Assembly: GCF_001194135.2 (NCBI RefSeq)
Contig: NC_068990.1
Coordinates: 26,874,678-26,938,677, forward strand
DNA length: 64,000 nucleotides
Direction of reading: 5' to 3'
DNA from: Octopus bimaculoides
Taxonomy: Eukaryota
Position 1 is the stretch's first letter. The number at the start of each line of letters is the position of its first letter. The notes beneath the pieces were generated by a model, which saw only the letters and a program-made list of their open reading frames with translations, had not been told where the DNA came from and made no database searches. Positions 24,252-37,077 of this stretch are shown here, piece after piece. The position numbers and the translations under genes were made by a program.

Positions 24252-24342
24252 TGTACCTTGAAAGAATGTTTGTTTAATGAGAACAATCAGTTTAAAGTAT
24301 TAAATACAACTTTGACCTCTGTACCCTGTGCCATACCCCAGA
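24252..24342 (+). CDS. Candidate internal exon (phase 0 to 1), CTLKECLFNENNQFKVLNTTLTSVPCAIPQ
   Basis: TTTGCGTTCAG acceptor, AGA|GTAAGT donor, open frame; LTSVP..IP resembles the end of an LRR N-cap; no neighbouring exon found. Confidence 0.25.
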
Positions 24343-24689
24343 GTAAGTAATTAAGAATGTTAATTTCGATTGTTAACGTTATTTCTGACACTTCAAAACT
24401 CATTAACGCCAGAGATTGGAAAACGCGTTAGCAAATACACTTGAAGCCCACAATACCAATAACACGAATGGTAAACCCCTCTCACCCCCCTCTGATGGTA
24501 TCGTTACTTGCAGCGAAACCAATAGCTCTGACATAATCAACACTCAGCTGCTTACATCCCGCTCTCTCTCCCCTCCGCATCACACATCAAGCACCACCAA
24601 CAGATAACCGCCATCAATGGACATTGATATCGACGCAGAATCACGGATCATCACTACTGTCACCACAGAGTCACCACCGCTACAATGGT

Positions 24690-24823
24690 GACCAACACTA
24701 CCATGATGACGATGACGACGACGACGACGACCACCACCACCACCACCACCATCACCACCACCATCATTGCTGCTACCATCAATACGACGATGATGACGAC
24801 GACAATGACGGCGACGACGACGA

Positions 24824-24856
<33 letters not shown>

Positions 24857-25880
24857 CCACCANNNNNNNNNNNNNNNNNNNNNNNNNNNNNNNNNNNNNN
24901 NNNNNNNNNNNNNNNNNNNNNNNNNNNNNNNNNNNNNNNNNNNNNNNNNNNNNNNNNNNNNNNNNNNNNNNNNNNNNNNNNNNNNNNNNNNNNNNNNNNN
25001 NNNNNNNNNNNNNNNNNNNNNNNNNNNNNNNNNNNNNNNNNNNNNNNNNNNNNNNNNNNNNNNNNNNNNNNNNNNNNNNNNNNNNNNNNNNNNNNNNNNN
25101 NNNNNNNNNNNNNNNNNNNNNNNNNNNNNNNNNNNNNNNNNNNNNNNNNNNNNNNNNNNNNNNNNNNNNNNNNNNNNNNNNNNNNNNNNNNNNNNNNNNN
25201 NNNNNNNNNNNNNNNNNNNNNNNNNNNNNNNNNNNNNNNNNNNNNNNNNNNNNNNNNNNNNNNNNNNNNNNNNNNNNNNNNNNNNNNNNNNNNNNNNNNN
25301 NNNNNNNNNNNNNNNNNNNNNNNNNNNNNNNNNNNNNNNNNNNNNNNNNNNNNNNNNNNNNNNNNNNNNNNNNNNNNNNNNNNNNNNNNNNNNNNNNNNN
25401 NNNNNNNNNNNNNNNNNNNNNNNNNNNNNNNNNNNNNNNNNNNNNNNNNNNNNNNNNNNNNNNNNNNNNNNNNNNNNNNNNNNNNNNNNNNNNNNNNNNN
25501 NNNNNNNNNNNNNNNNNNNNNNNNNNNNNNNNNNNNNNNNNNNNNNNNNNNNNNNNNNNNNNNNNNNNNNNNNNNNNNNNNNNNNNNNNNNNNNNNNNNN
25601 NNNNNNNNNNNNNNNNNNNNNNNNNNNNNNNNNNNNNNNNNNNNNNNNNNNNNNNNNNNNNNNNCCCACTACCACCACCCCACTACCCCACCCCACTACC
25701 TCCACTACTACTACCACCACTACCACCACCACTGCTGCCACTGCCATTACCACCACGTCAACCACCACCACTTCAACCACCACCACCACCACTGACAGCG
25801 GGAAGAGGCAGCATTGTGAACACTGCCGATGCTGCTACGATTCTAGACTTCGATTAAGATGCATAACAACAATAACAACA
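24690..25880. repeat. (GAC/CAC/ACT)n tracts flanking a gap
   Basis: Direct inspection. Confidence 0.85.
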
Positions 25881-26257
25881 ACAACAACAACACCAAACTA
25901 ATTAGTTATGTTGATTTTATAGCAGACTTCTAGAATTTCTAGTGTTTCACAAATCTCCAGCAATTATGTAATGTCAGAATCTTTGCATATCTACATATAT
26001 TTGTGTATGTCTGTCCCTGTTTGTCTGTGAGTATGTGGTGTGTGTGTGCGTGTGCTTGTGTGTGTGTTTGTATAGTTAGGTGTATGTATATGTGACTTAT
26101 ATGTATTGGTGAGTGTGTGCGGATTGTGTTGGTATGCATGTGTATGTATGAACGTCTGGACTCTGTTGCTTGCTCTTCTGCTTGACTGATTGTCAGTGTG
26201 CAATGATAAACAGTAAAACAAATTATTAAAACATATCACATGTATAAAATATAGACA

Positions 26258-26550
26258 TAGGTGTGGCTCTGTGGTAAGCAGTTTGTTTCCAAACCCCACG
26301 CTTCTATGTTCAGTGCCACTGCATGGCACCTTGGGTTACTACTACACTGCTACAGCCTTGGGATGACCAAAGCCTTGTGAGTGGATTTGGTAGACAGAAA
26401 CTGAAAGAAGCCTGTTGTATATTTATATATATTTATAGGCACAGGTGTGACTGTATGGCACCTTGGGCAAGTGTCTTCTACTATGCCCTCAGACCGACGA
26501 AACCCTTGTGAGTGGATTCGGAAGATGGAAACTGAAAGCCTGTCGTGTAT
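26258..26550 (+). mobile_element. Two tandem B1 SINE copies
   Basis: AAGCCTTGTGAGTGGATT.GG.AGA.GGAAACTGAAAG seen twice. Confidence 0.75.
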
Positions 26551-26560
26551 ATATATATAT

Positions 26561-26609
<49 letters not shown>

Positions 26610-26700
26610 GTCTGGTGTAGCCTCCTGGCTTCCCAGTCCTCAGTCAAACCGTTCAAACATGCCAGCATGGAAAGCAGATGTTAAACAATGATGATGATGA
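26610..26700 (+). mobile_element. Family R 3' end
   Basis: CAGTCCTCAGTCAAACCG...GCATGGAAAGCAGATGTTAAAC(GAT)n. Confidence 0.75.
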
Positions 26701-26712
26701 TGTATATGTATG

Positions 26713-27956
26713 TATGAGGTCGTCTCACATGAAATGTATTTTAAATGGGTTTCTTATGTGTCATCTATAAATGGATTTTTAATGAGTTTCCCTGTATATG
26801 CTTGTGTTTATTAACTCTTTTTCTTTCTAAACAATACTATCATTCAAAATTGCTACTCACAGCTCTTATGACAACGTTGACAACTGAACAATACTGAGTG
26901 ATTTTCTTGTATGAATACAAGTTGGGTCACTCTGCCACCGAAGCTCTACGAAATATCACATGGAATTTTGGTAACGAATCTGTTGACATTTGAACTGTTC
27001 AGAGATGGTTCCAAAGATTTCGTTCAGGAAATGAAAGCCTTAAAAATGAACCAAGAGGGAGACCAAAATCAGTTATTCGGCATGATGAATTGAATGCTTT
27101 GGTTAAATGAAATCCATGAACAACAGTCAGAAAAATTGGATCAGACATCTCCTGGATCAGACACTTGAAAAAAATTGGAAAAGTCAAAAACATGGATAGG
27201 TTTGTTCCCTATCAACTGAATGAGATTTAAAGAAACAGACACCTTACAATATGTTCCATGTTGATTTCTTAGTTGGAAAGAGAACCATTTTTATATCGAC
27301 TCATTATGTGTTGAGAAATGGATACTCATTAATAACTGCAGGGGGACTGTGGTTAGATGCAGGAGAGTCACCAAAACACTACCCAAAACCACCATTGCAT
27401 CCTAAAAAGTTGATGGTCACTGTATGGTGGTCAACAAAGGGGATTATTCATTATTCATTTTTGCAACAAGGAAAAGCTGTAACAGCAACATCCTATTGCC
27501 AGGGAATTGATTGCATGCATGAAAAATTAAAAAAGAAGCAACCCAGATTAGTGAACAGAGATGGCCCAATTTTGCTTCATGATAATGCACAGCCTCACCC
27601 TTTTCAAGCCACGGTCCACAAATTACAAAGCCTGAATTATGAAATTTTGGCACATCCTCCTTGTTCTCCTGATATCTCTCCTTCTGATTATCATATATCT
27701 AAACACTTCGAGCTTGCTATATGCAATAAAACATTCTTAAATAAAGAAGAGGTAATCGAAGCATTCGAACAGTTTATCATTGTAAAAGATGACAAATTCT
27801 TTGAAGATGGAATATATGCCTTAGAGGAACGTTGGATGAAGGTCATAAGTGAACAAGGATCATATTTTGATTAAATAAAAAAAATATTCTAAATCTTAAA
27901 AAACAATTTTAATGTTACCTTTTTCAAACGTGACATTTCACATGTGAGACAATCTA
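26713..27956 (+). mobile_element. Near full-length decayed mariner (second family)
   Basis: Imperfect TIRs GTCTCACAT(GT)GAAATGT at about 26722 and 27933; IFLYEYKLGHSA, QRWFQRFRSG, ORF 27251-27874 with LHPKKLMVTVWW, LHDNAQPH, HPPCSPDISPSDYH; first catalytic Asp mutated (C-V-EKW); stops and frameshifts. Confidence 0.92.
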
Positions 27957-27959
27957 ATC

Positions 27960-28365
27960 TTTGTGTGTCTGTGTTTGGCCCACTCTACCCACTATCATTT
28001 GACAACCGATGTTGGTGTGTTTATTTCCCTGTAACTTAGTGGTTCAGCAAAAGAGATCGAAAGAATAAGTACTAGGCTTACAAAGAATAATTCCTGGAGT
28101 CGATTTTTTGACTAAAGGCGGTGCTCCAGCTTGGCTGTAGTCAAATGACTGAAACAAATAGGATTTATCTGTGTGTGTGTGTTCACCCACCACTTGACAA
28201 CTGGTGTTGGTTTGTTTACGGGAACATGACTTAGCAGTTTGGCAAAAGAGACCAATAAAATAAGTACCAGGCTGATAAAAAAGTACTAGGGTTCATTGGT
28301 TTAACTAAAATTCTTCAAAGTCGTGCCCCAGCATGGCTGCAGTCTAATGTCTGAAACAAGAAAAA
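27960..28365 (+). mobile_element. Two tandem B2 modules
   Basis: TTGACAACCGATG.TGGTGTGTTTA...GGTGCTCCAGC.TGGC repeated. Confidence 0.75.
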
Positions 28366-28388
28366 GGCACAAATGTATATAAGTAAAT

Positions 28389-28426
<38 letters not shown>

Positions 28427-28465
28427 TACACACACATACACACACACACACATCCACACAGAGAC

Positions 28466-28715
28466 ATCATCATCATCATCCAGTGTTTTAAATCCGGGTT
28501 TTGTCCCCGTTAACAGGGGTGGCCGGATCTACCACAATGACACAACGACTGAGGTAGGCATGTGTAGCCCACCCCAACCATTGGGCTGGCTGGCTGCCCA
28601 TTCTCCTTTGCTATCATAAGTCTCTACCACCATTTTTAAGAAATGTGGGGGAAAGCTAGCTCAGGAAGGCAAGGACGCTACCCACTGAGACCCCTTTCGG
28701 AAGCCCCCTACATAT
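28466..28715 (-). mobile_element. (CAT)n-flanked repeat, family D
   Basis: CATCATCCAGTGTTTAAATCC..GTTTTGTCCCC.TTAA..GGGGT.GCC.GATCTACC shared with 56615-56720; orientation inferred from the tail; 3' limit uncertain. Confidence 0.55.
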
Positions 28716-28925
28716 GTACTCTTATTCTTTTATTCTTTTACTTGTTTCAGTAACTTGACGGTGGCCATGCTGGAGCACTTTCCTAAAGGGTTGAAGAAAT
28801 CTACCCCAGGACTTAATCTTTGTAAGCCTAGTACTTATTCTATCAGTCACTTTTGCTGAACTGCTAAGTTACGGGGGGGAACATAAACTAACATAAGTTG
28901 TCAAGAGATGGCAGGGGGACGAACA
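28716..28925 (-). mobile_element. B2 module
   Basis: Reverse complement of B2. Confidence 0.75.
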
Positions 28926-29874
28926 CACACACACACACACACACACACATAAATACCATACATATATANNNNNNNNNNNNNNNNNNNNNNNNNNNNNNNN
29001 NNNNNNNNNNNNNNNNNNNNNNNNNNNNNNNNNNNNNNNNNNNNNNNNNNNNNNNNNNNNNNNNNNNNNNNNNNNNNNNNNNNNNNNNNNNNNNNNNNNN
29101 NNNNNNNNNNNNNNNNNNNNNNNNNNNNNNNNNNNNNNNNNNNNNNNNNNNNNNNNNNNNNNNNNNNNNNNNNNNNNNNNNNNNNNNNNNNNNNNNNNNN
29201 NNNNNNNNNNNNNNNNNNNNNNNNNNNNNNNNNNNNNNNNNNNNNNNNNNNNNNNNNNNNNNNNNNNNNNNNNNNNNNNNNNNNNNNNNNNNNNNNNNNN
29301 NNNNNNNNNNNNNNNNNNNNNNNNNNNNNNNNNNNNNNNNNNNNNNNNNNNNNNNNNNNNNNNNNNNNNNNNNNNNNNNNNNNNNNNNNNNNNNNNNNNN
29401 NNNNNNNNNNNNNNNNNNNNNNNNNNNNNNNNNNNNNNNNNNNNNNNNNNNNNNNNNNNNNNNNNNNNNNNNNNNNNNNNNNNNNNNNNNNNNNNNNNNN
29501 NNNNNNNNNNNNNNNNNNNNNNNNNNNNNNNNNNNNNNNNNNNNNNNNNNNNNNNNNNNNNNNNNNNNNNNNNNNNNNNNNNNNNNNNNNNNNNNNNNNN
29601 NNNNNNNNNNNNNNNNNNNNNNNNNNNNNNNNNNNNNNNNNNNNNNNNNNNNNNNNNNNNNNNNNNNNNNNNNNNNNNNNNNNNNNNNNNNNNNNNNNNN
29701 NNNNNNNNNNNNNNNNNNNNNNNNNNNNNNNNNNNNNNNNNNNNNNNNNNNNNNNNNNNNNNNNNNNNNNNNNNNNNNNNNNNNNNNNNNNNNNNNNNNN
29801 NAAGGTGTGAAGGAAGGAGACAGAGTGAAAGTGAGGGAGAGAAAAAAAGACACAGAAAAGGAACTGGAAAGAAA

Positions 29875-29946
<72 letters not shown>

Positions 29947-30069
29947 TTGTAAGAGTGTGTAAGAGGGAGACAAAGAGGGAAAGGGGGTGGGGAGAGAAAG
30001 AGAGAAATTATAACTATCCTTATTCAAATATATATGTAATGCAGTTGTGTGATAATTTTGGCCAGCTTT

Positions 30070-30104
30070 AACGATAATAATAATAATAATGATAATAATA
30101 ATAA

Positions 30105-30139
<35 letters not shown>

Positions 30140-30212
30140 ATAATAATAACAACAACAACAACAACAATGATAATAATAGTAGTAGTAGTAGTAGTAGTAG
30201 TAGTTGTAGTAA
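30070..30212. repeat. (AAT)(ACT)(AAC)(AGT) compound microsatellite
   Basis: Direct inspection. Confidence 0.9.
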
Positions 30213-30574
30213 TACCGGTATTAACTTCTATTATTTCATCTGGGGATTATTGTTCTCGAAATATCATGATCAGTGCAAATCAGGGCCAGGAATTACAGTT
30301 AAGATGACAAGATAGCAACAGCAGCCCTTCATTTCAAGAGTGTTCTCTTTCAGATCACTAGCGTGGTGGATTCTTGTTGGTTGCAAATCGACATTAGAGA
30401 GGAGATACTCCACCTACTAAACACAGAGATGGGTATTCAATTACACACACACACACACGTATATGCATACATGAAGGAGATGTATGTATGGGCTACACGT
30501 TATAAGATATGTATAGATGCACATGTATATATATGCATGTACGAACGTATGTGTACGAATGCATATGTATTCTT

Positions 30575-30781
30575 TTATCCTTTTATTCTTTTACTTGTTT
30601 CAGTCGTTTGACTGCGGCCATGCAGGAGCACCACCTTTTAGTCGAGCAAATCGAACCCAGGACTTATTCTTTGCAAGCCTAGTACTTATTCTATCGGTCT
30701 CTTTTTGCTGAACCGCTAAGTTACGGGGACATAAACACACCAGCATCGCATGTGAGAGATGTTGGGAGGACAAACACAGAC

Positions 30782-30823
<42 letters not shown>

Positions 30824-30951
30824 ACATATATAAACATATACATATATACGATGGGCTTCTTTCAGTTTCCGTTTACGAAATCCACTCACAAGGGTTTGGC
30901 TGGACCAAGGCTATAGAAGACACTTATCCAAGGTGCCACACAGTGGGACTG
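30575..30951 (-). mobile_element. Composite B SINE, cut by a gap
   Basis: B2 + (CA)(TA)n + B1, in reverse. Confidence 0.85.
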
Positions 30952-31421
30952 NNNNNNNNNNNNNNNNNNNNNNNNNNNNNNNNNNNNNNNNNNNNNNNNN
31001 NNNNNNNNNNNNNNNNNNNNNNNNNNNNNNNNNNNNNNNNNNNNNNNNNNNNNNNNNNNNNNNNNNNNNNNNNNNNNNNNNNNNNNNNNNNNNNNNNNNN
31101 NNNNNNNNNNNNNNNNNNNNNNNNNNNNNNNNNNNNNNNNNNNNNNNNNNNNNNNNNNNNNNNNNNNNNNNNNNNNNNNNNNNNNNNNNNNNNNNNNNNN
31201 NNNNNNNNNNNNNNNNNNNNNNNNNNNNNNNNNNNNNNNNNNNNNNNNNNNNNNNNNNNNNNNNNNNNNNNNNNNNNNNNNNNNNNNNNNNNNNNNNNNN
31301 NNNNNNNNNNNNNNNNNNNNNNNNNNNNNNNNNNNNNNNATATATATATATATATATATATATACATGCATACACATAGACTTATCTACGTACATACATT
31401 ATATACATCTGTTTATATACA

Positions 31422-31457
<36 letters not shown>

Positions 31458-31952
31458 CAACATCACGCATAGTTACATTCATTTATATACATACCTACAT
31501 ACATACTTTCATACGCACATACATACATTTACATATGTACACCCATAACCGTGTGCAACACTAGAGAGGATACAGCAAGAAAGAGGAGAGAAAGTCGCAC
31601 AGAAATAGCAAACGAAAGGGGAAACATGACATAGGAAACAGAGTGTATAAATAAAGAAGATTCAGGCTCGTAACTATTGCAAGCGGTTTATAGATAACAC
31701 CAAACAATCGTGTGATTGTATTAATGTTCATGTAAGCAAGGGGCGTGTAGTCGCTTATGGCTGTACAGCTCATTGGGTAATCCCTTGTATAGATTTGTGA
31801 TAATCTGTGTTGCATAATGAGAAGGATTATGGGAAATTGATACACTGGAATGTTACAGAAGCTAAAATCCACGGATATTGTGTAGAGGGTTGAAGGTTGG
31901 TGAGAGGCTGTGATTTACAGGTGAAAGTGGGTATTTGATGTGGTGTTAGTCT

Positions 31953-32247
31953 ATTGGCACATGGCTTAGTGGTCAGAGCATTCGGCTCACGACTGTTAGG
32001 TCGTGAGTTTGATTCCTGGTAGGGGGTTGTGTCCTTGAGCAAGACACTTTATTTCACATTGTTTCAGTCCACTTAGCTGACAAAAATGAGCTGTACCTGT
32101 AATTACAAAGGGGCCAGCCTTGTCACATTCTGTGCCACACTGAATCTCCTTGAGAACTACATTAAAAGTATACTTCTCTGTGGAATACTCAGCCACTTGT
32201 ATGTTAATTTCATGAGCAGACTGTTCCATCAATCAGATCGACTGGAT
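31953..32247 (+). mobile_element. SINE family C, full length
   Basis: TGGCTTAGTGG A box, GAGTTTGATTCC B box, GTTGTGTCCTTGAGCAAGACAC core, tail GTCACATTCTGTG..CTGAATCTCC.TGAGAAC. Confidence 0.85.
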
Positions 32248-32261
32248 TCCAGTTTTGGTTT

Positions 32262-32432
32262 ATTGCACATTATTTACATTATTTATATTATTTACGTTAT
32301 TTACATTTGATGGATATTTGTCTTCATCTTGTTTGTTGTTAACACGTTTCGGCTGATATACCCTCCAGCCTTCTTCAGGTGTCTTGGGGAAATTTCGAAC
32401 CTGGGTTCTCATTCCTAAGGTATTTTTCAATG

Positions 32433-32485
<53 letters not shown>
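32262..32485 (-). mobile_element. Family H body: (AAT)n + hammerhead-like motif + (ATGTAAATA)n tail, headless
   Basis: GACAC-CTGAAGA-AGGCTG..CAGCC-GAAACGTGTT at 32341-32383. Confidence 0.8.
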
Positions 32486-33039
32486 TTGTATGTGTATTTG
32501 GTGTGCAAGATTCAAAATAAATGGAAGTGGAGAGATGAATTACTGAAGGGATTGCTAGAGTGCAATGAAATGATTTAAAAAAAAAACAAACTAGATACTG
32601 TTTATAAATAAATAAAGGACTGAACCAGTGCGTGTGTTTATTACCGGCATAATGCCTCTCCCAAGGTTTAATAGTATTATTATTATTATCATTATTGTTA
32701 TTATTGTCATTATTATTGGTAGTCTGTTGGATGGGCATGGATGGCCTATAAAGAAATGAAGTACATTGTTTGTATTGCCATTGGGATTTTGAGGGCCTTG
32801 GACACAACTGGTTGTATGGTGCCACATTCCATTTTGACTTTTGGTGGTATAGAAGGGGTGAAAAGGGTTAAGTGGAAAGACATTAATCGACTTGGCAAGG
32901 CCATATGTTCAATGTAATTAGTGTGAAACATTGTCTCTCCATGAGAAAAGGCCCTTTTAATTTAAAAGGGAATTCTATAGATTCAGGTTCGAATCTATGT
33001 GCCCAAATGAAATCTACTCATAACACTCTCTCCCCCTTA

Positions 33040-33230
33040 AGGAAAAGAAAGTTTCACAGAAATTGTGTTATCATAAGAATGATAATACAATTGATCGATA
33101 CCCAAACAGCACACAACCTGCTGAAATGTGTTAGACATGAAATCTGGGCCCTGACTAGATTGAACATCATCTGGCAAACCATTGTTTCTTTTGTATCCGT
33201 AAAACTCTGTCAGTCATCTGACAAGAGGTT
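33040..33230 (-). pseudogene. Gypsy-type LTR retrotransposon integrase core remnant
   Basis: GLPDDVQSSQGPDFMSNTFQQVVCCLGIDQL matches the rve motif GLP..IQSDQG..FMS..FQ....LGI. Confidence 0.65.
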
Positions 33231-33631
33231 TCTGCACACAGAAATACTCTTTTAAACTAACATCAACCTCAATGGATTCATACTCTGTATACATCATCAC
33301 AGCTCAGGCATGTAGGGTGTATATATCTGAGTCAAATATCTCATGTTGAATCGTTTATGGCTGGCAACACTATTAGTGAATGCTTGGCTACTGAACTAAA
33401 ACTTTGTTTTAGAGATGAATTAAAAATCACACTGCAGAAGAACAATGTCATCGATTCAGGGAAGAAGACAGAGCTATTCACTGTTCACATTAGGAGTTTC
33501 ACTGTTGGAAGGAAATATAAAACAGGAAGGGGGAACACAGCAGCGCTAACGAGAGATGTGAAAATAGAGGTCTGCTTTTAGAAGAATACCAGACGACAAT
33601 ACAACAATAACACAACTGACACCTGGTCTGT

Positions 33632-33905
33632 TGTAATGATGGGCATTCCAGTTGATCAAATCAATGGAACACCCTGCTCATTGAATTAACGTGCAAGTGG
33701 CTGAGCACTCCACAGACAAGCATACCTTTGATATAGTTCTCAGGGAGATTCAGCATGACACAGAATGTAACAAGGCCGGCCCTTTGTAATTACTGGTACA
33801 ACTCATTTTTGTGAGCTGAGTGGACTGGAGAAATGTGAAATAAAGTGTCTTGCCCAAGGACACAATGTGCCACTGGGAATTGAACTCATGACCTCACAAA
33901 CATGG
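33632..33905 (-). mobile_element. SINE family C
   Basis: Reverse complement of the 31953 copy. Confidence 0.8.
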
Positions 33906-34254
33906 GTTGAATATCGAAACAATAAGCCATGAACCTTCACTGACGATGACAATAGTGATGATTAGAATGGCAATGATGACAACACCAGTGGCAATGTTGA
34001 ACGGTTATAACGATAACGATAACTGCAGCAAGGATGCTGACGGTGATGATGAGGAGGAAGAAGAAAATGATGGAGCCACTTGCAATACCAGCTCCATTTC
34101 AAGAGTTGCTTACTTTCAAAGCTAAGTGCATTAGTATTCATCTGTTTACTTTGTACACATTGTCTAATGGAAGTTTTGTTTCTCACCGATTCATAATTAC
34201 TCCATAACTTTTGTTTCATTTCTCTTCACCAATGCATCAACTAACTTATGCATA

Positions 34255-34263
34255 TATGTACCC

Positions 34264-34294
<31 letters not shown>

Positions 34295-35460
34295 TGCCTG
34301 CCTGCCTGCCTGTCTGCCTGTCTGTCTGCCTACCTGCCTGCCTGTCTATTTCACTCCCTATCTGTCAATGATTCCCTCAAACTCTCTATGTGTCTCTTAT
34401 TTATCTATCTACCTTCCTAACTCCTTATCCTTCTACCGATCTCTGTCTGTCTATCTCTCTCTCTCTATACCCATCTCTCTCTTTCCCCCCATCTCTCTCT
34501 TTCTTCCCATCTCTCTCTCTCCTCATCTCTCTATTTCCTCATCTCTCTCTCTCCTCATCTCTCTCTCTACCCATCTCTCTCTCTATCACCATCTCTCTCT
34601 CTCTCCTCATCTCTCTCTCCTCATCTCTCTCTCCTCATCTCTCTCTCCTCATCTCTCTCTCCTCATCTCTCTCTCCTCATCTCTCTCTCCTCATCTCTCT
34701 CTCCTCATCTCTCTCTCCTCATCTCTCTCTCCTCATCTCTCTCTCCTCATCTCTCTCTCCTCATCTCTCTCTCTCCTCATCTCTCTCTCCTGATCTCTCT
34801 CTCCTGATCTCTCTCTCCTCATCTCTCTCTCCTCATCTCTCTCTCCTCATCTCTCTCTCCTCATCTCTCTCTCCTCATCTCTCTCTCCTCATCTCTCTCT
34901 TTCTCCCCATCTCTCTCTCCCCATCTCCCTCTCTCTCCTCATCTCTCTCTCTCCTCATCTCTCTCTCTATCACCATCTATCTCTCTCTCCTCATCTCTCT
35001 CTTCTCATCTCTCTCTTTCTCCCCATCTCTTTCTCCTCATCTCTCTCTCTCTCCCCATCTCTCTCTCTCTCCTCATCTCTCTCTCTCCCCATCTCTCTCT
35101 CCTCCCATCTCTCTCTCCTCGTCTCTCTCTCTACCAATCTCTCTCTCTATCACCATCTATCTCTCTCTCCTCATCTCTCTCTTTCTCCCCATCTCTTTCT
35201 CCTCATCTCTCTCTCTCTCCCCATCTCTCTCTCTCTCCTCATCTCTCCCTCTACCCATCCGTTCTCTCTCCCTCTACCCATCTCTCTCTTTCCCCCCATC
35301 TCTCTCTTTCTTCCCATCTCTCTATCTCCCCATCTCTTTCTCCTCATCTCTCTCTCTCTCCCCATCTCTCTCTCTCTCTCTCCCTATCTCTCTCTCCTCC
35401 CATCTCTCTCTCCCTCTACCCATCTGTCTCTCCCCCCCCCTCTCTCCCTCTCCCCCCTGT
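34255..35460. repeat. (CTGC)n then about 1 kb of CT-rich satellite (CCTCATCTCTCT-type units)
   Basis: Direct inspection. Confidence 0.92.
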
Positions 35461-36037
35461 CTGCTGCCAGACACCTACATACACCCATATCTCTTCACAT
35501 ATCAATTCACCTACTGACACTCATCCGCAGACATAATTTAATGCGTTTTAACTTGACGAGTCTCTCCAAACCGTTTCAGAAACGGACAGGCCATCAGGCT
35601 TATGGCTTGCTGGATGCTGACAAAAGCAAAACTGAGCTTGCAGCATCATCACCATCACCATTTGTCTTTTGGGGAAGAAGGCCAGACGGTGGGTCGAGTT
35701 GCCAGGTCACCTCATTAGATGTCTGCAGCAGAGATTAAGGATCTAAAGTGCAAAATCTGGGAGCAGGGAAACGGAATGTTGAACTCTGGGAATATGTTTT
35801 TAGATGCACAAGGTCACAAGTCACAAATGCTGATACATACATACGCACACATACATACATACATACATACATACATACATACATACACACATACATATAT
35901 ATATATATATATACATACATACATATATATACATACATACACACACATACATACATACATACATACACACATGCATACATGCACACACATACATACACAT
36001 ACATACACATACATACATGTATCTATATATGTATGTA

Positions 36038-36071
<34 letters not shown>

Positions 36072-36282
36072 CATATATCTAGACATATATCTATACATAT
36101 ATCTAGACATATATAGATAGATACATATATGCACACACACACACATATACATACATACATATATACACACATGCATACATATATGTATATACATAGAAAT
36201 GTATGTACAGACATATGTAAGTATATATATATACATATGTATACATACATATATTTGCACTCTTTCATTACTGGTGTGACCA

Positions 36283-36499
36283 ACTGAAAAAAATGTACTC
36301 CGTCTGGCAAGGCATAAATATCATGTAATAAGCACAGTATTTAAATGTAAGCTACTATAACTTTCATACTCTGATAGAACACATCACAAGCTTGTCTGAC
36401 TGTTATACTATCAGAGCATGGAACTCAAAGTAGCTCACATTTAAATCTTGTGTTTATTAAATAATATTTATCTCTTGCCAGATGGAGTGCATCTTTTAG
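36283..36499. repeat. About 215-bp imperfect palindrome centred on ACAAGCTTGT
   Basis: Arms ATGTACTCCGTCTGGCAAG..ATAAATATC..TTTAAATGTAAGCTAC mirror each other; inner stem CTCTGATAG/CTATCAGAG. Confidence 0.85.
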
Positions 36500-36779
36500 T
36501 CGATCACACCAATAATAAAACTGTGCAAACACACACACACACACACACGTGTAAGAATAATAAACTTGTGCTCTACAAAAGTATAGAGTAACCCAAGATT
36601 GGTATTTAGGCAGTATGTTACATATTCCAGTGGCCCCAAAATTACAGGTATAAACCTGAACTTGTAATCTGGACAGTATGTATGTATGTATGTATGTATG
36701 TATGTATGTATGCATGTATGCATTTATGTATGGATGTATTTATGTATGTTTGTGTTTATGCATGTGTGTGTATGCATAT

Positions 36780-37003
36780 ATTTCTTTATTGCCCACTGGG
36801 GACTAAACACAAAGGGGACAAACAAGGACAGGCAAAGGGATTGCGTCGATTACATCAACCCCAGTGTGTAACTGGTACTTATTTAATAGACCCTGAAAAG
36901 ATGAAAGGCAAAGTTGACCTCGGTGGAATGTGAACCCAGAACATAATGGCAGACAAAATACCGCTAAGCATTTTGCCCGGCGTACAAACGATTCTGCCAG
37001 CTC
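36780..37003 (-). mobile_element. SINE family A, full length
   Basis: Reverse-complement head, core and tail. Confidence 0.85.
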
Positions 37004-37077
37004 ATGTATGTATGTATATATGCATGCATGTATGTATGTATGTATGTCTGAATGTTTGTATGTATGTATGTATGTAT

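Noticed and set aside
30240-30312. CUB-like peptide CSRNIMISANQGQELQLR
   Set aside because: Immediate stop, no usable splice sites, and it starts in a microsatellite
35575-35720. GC-balanced stretch with exon-like frames on both strands
   Set aside because: Equally plausible on either strand with no recognisable domain; cannot be supported
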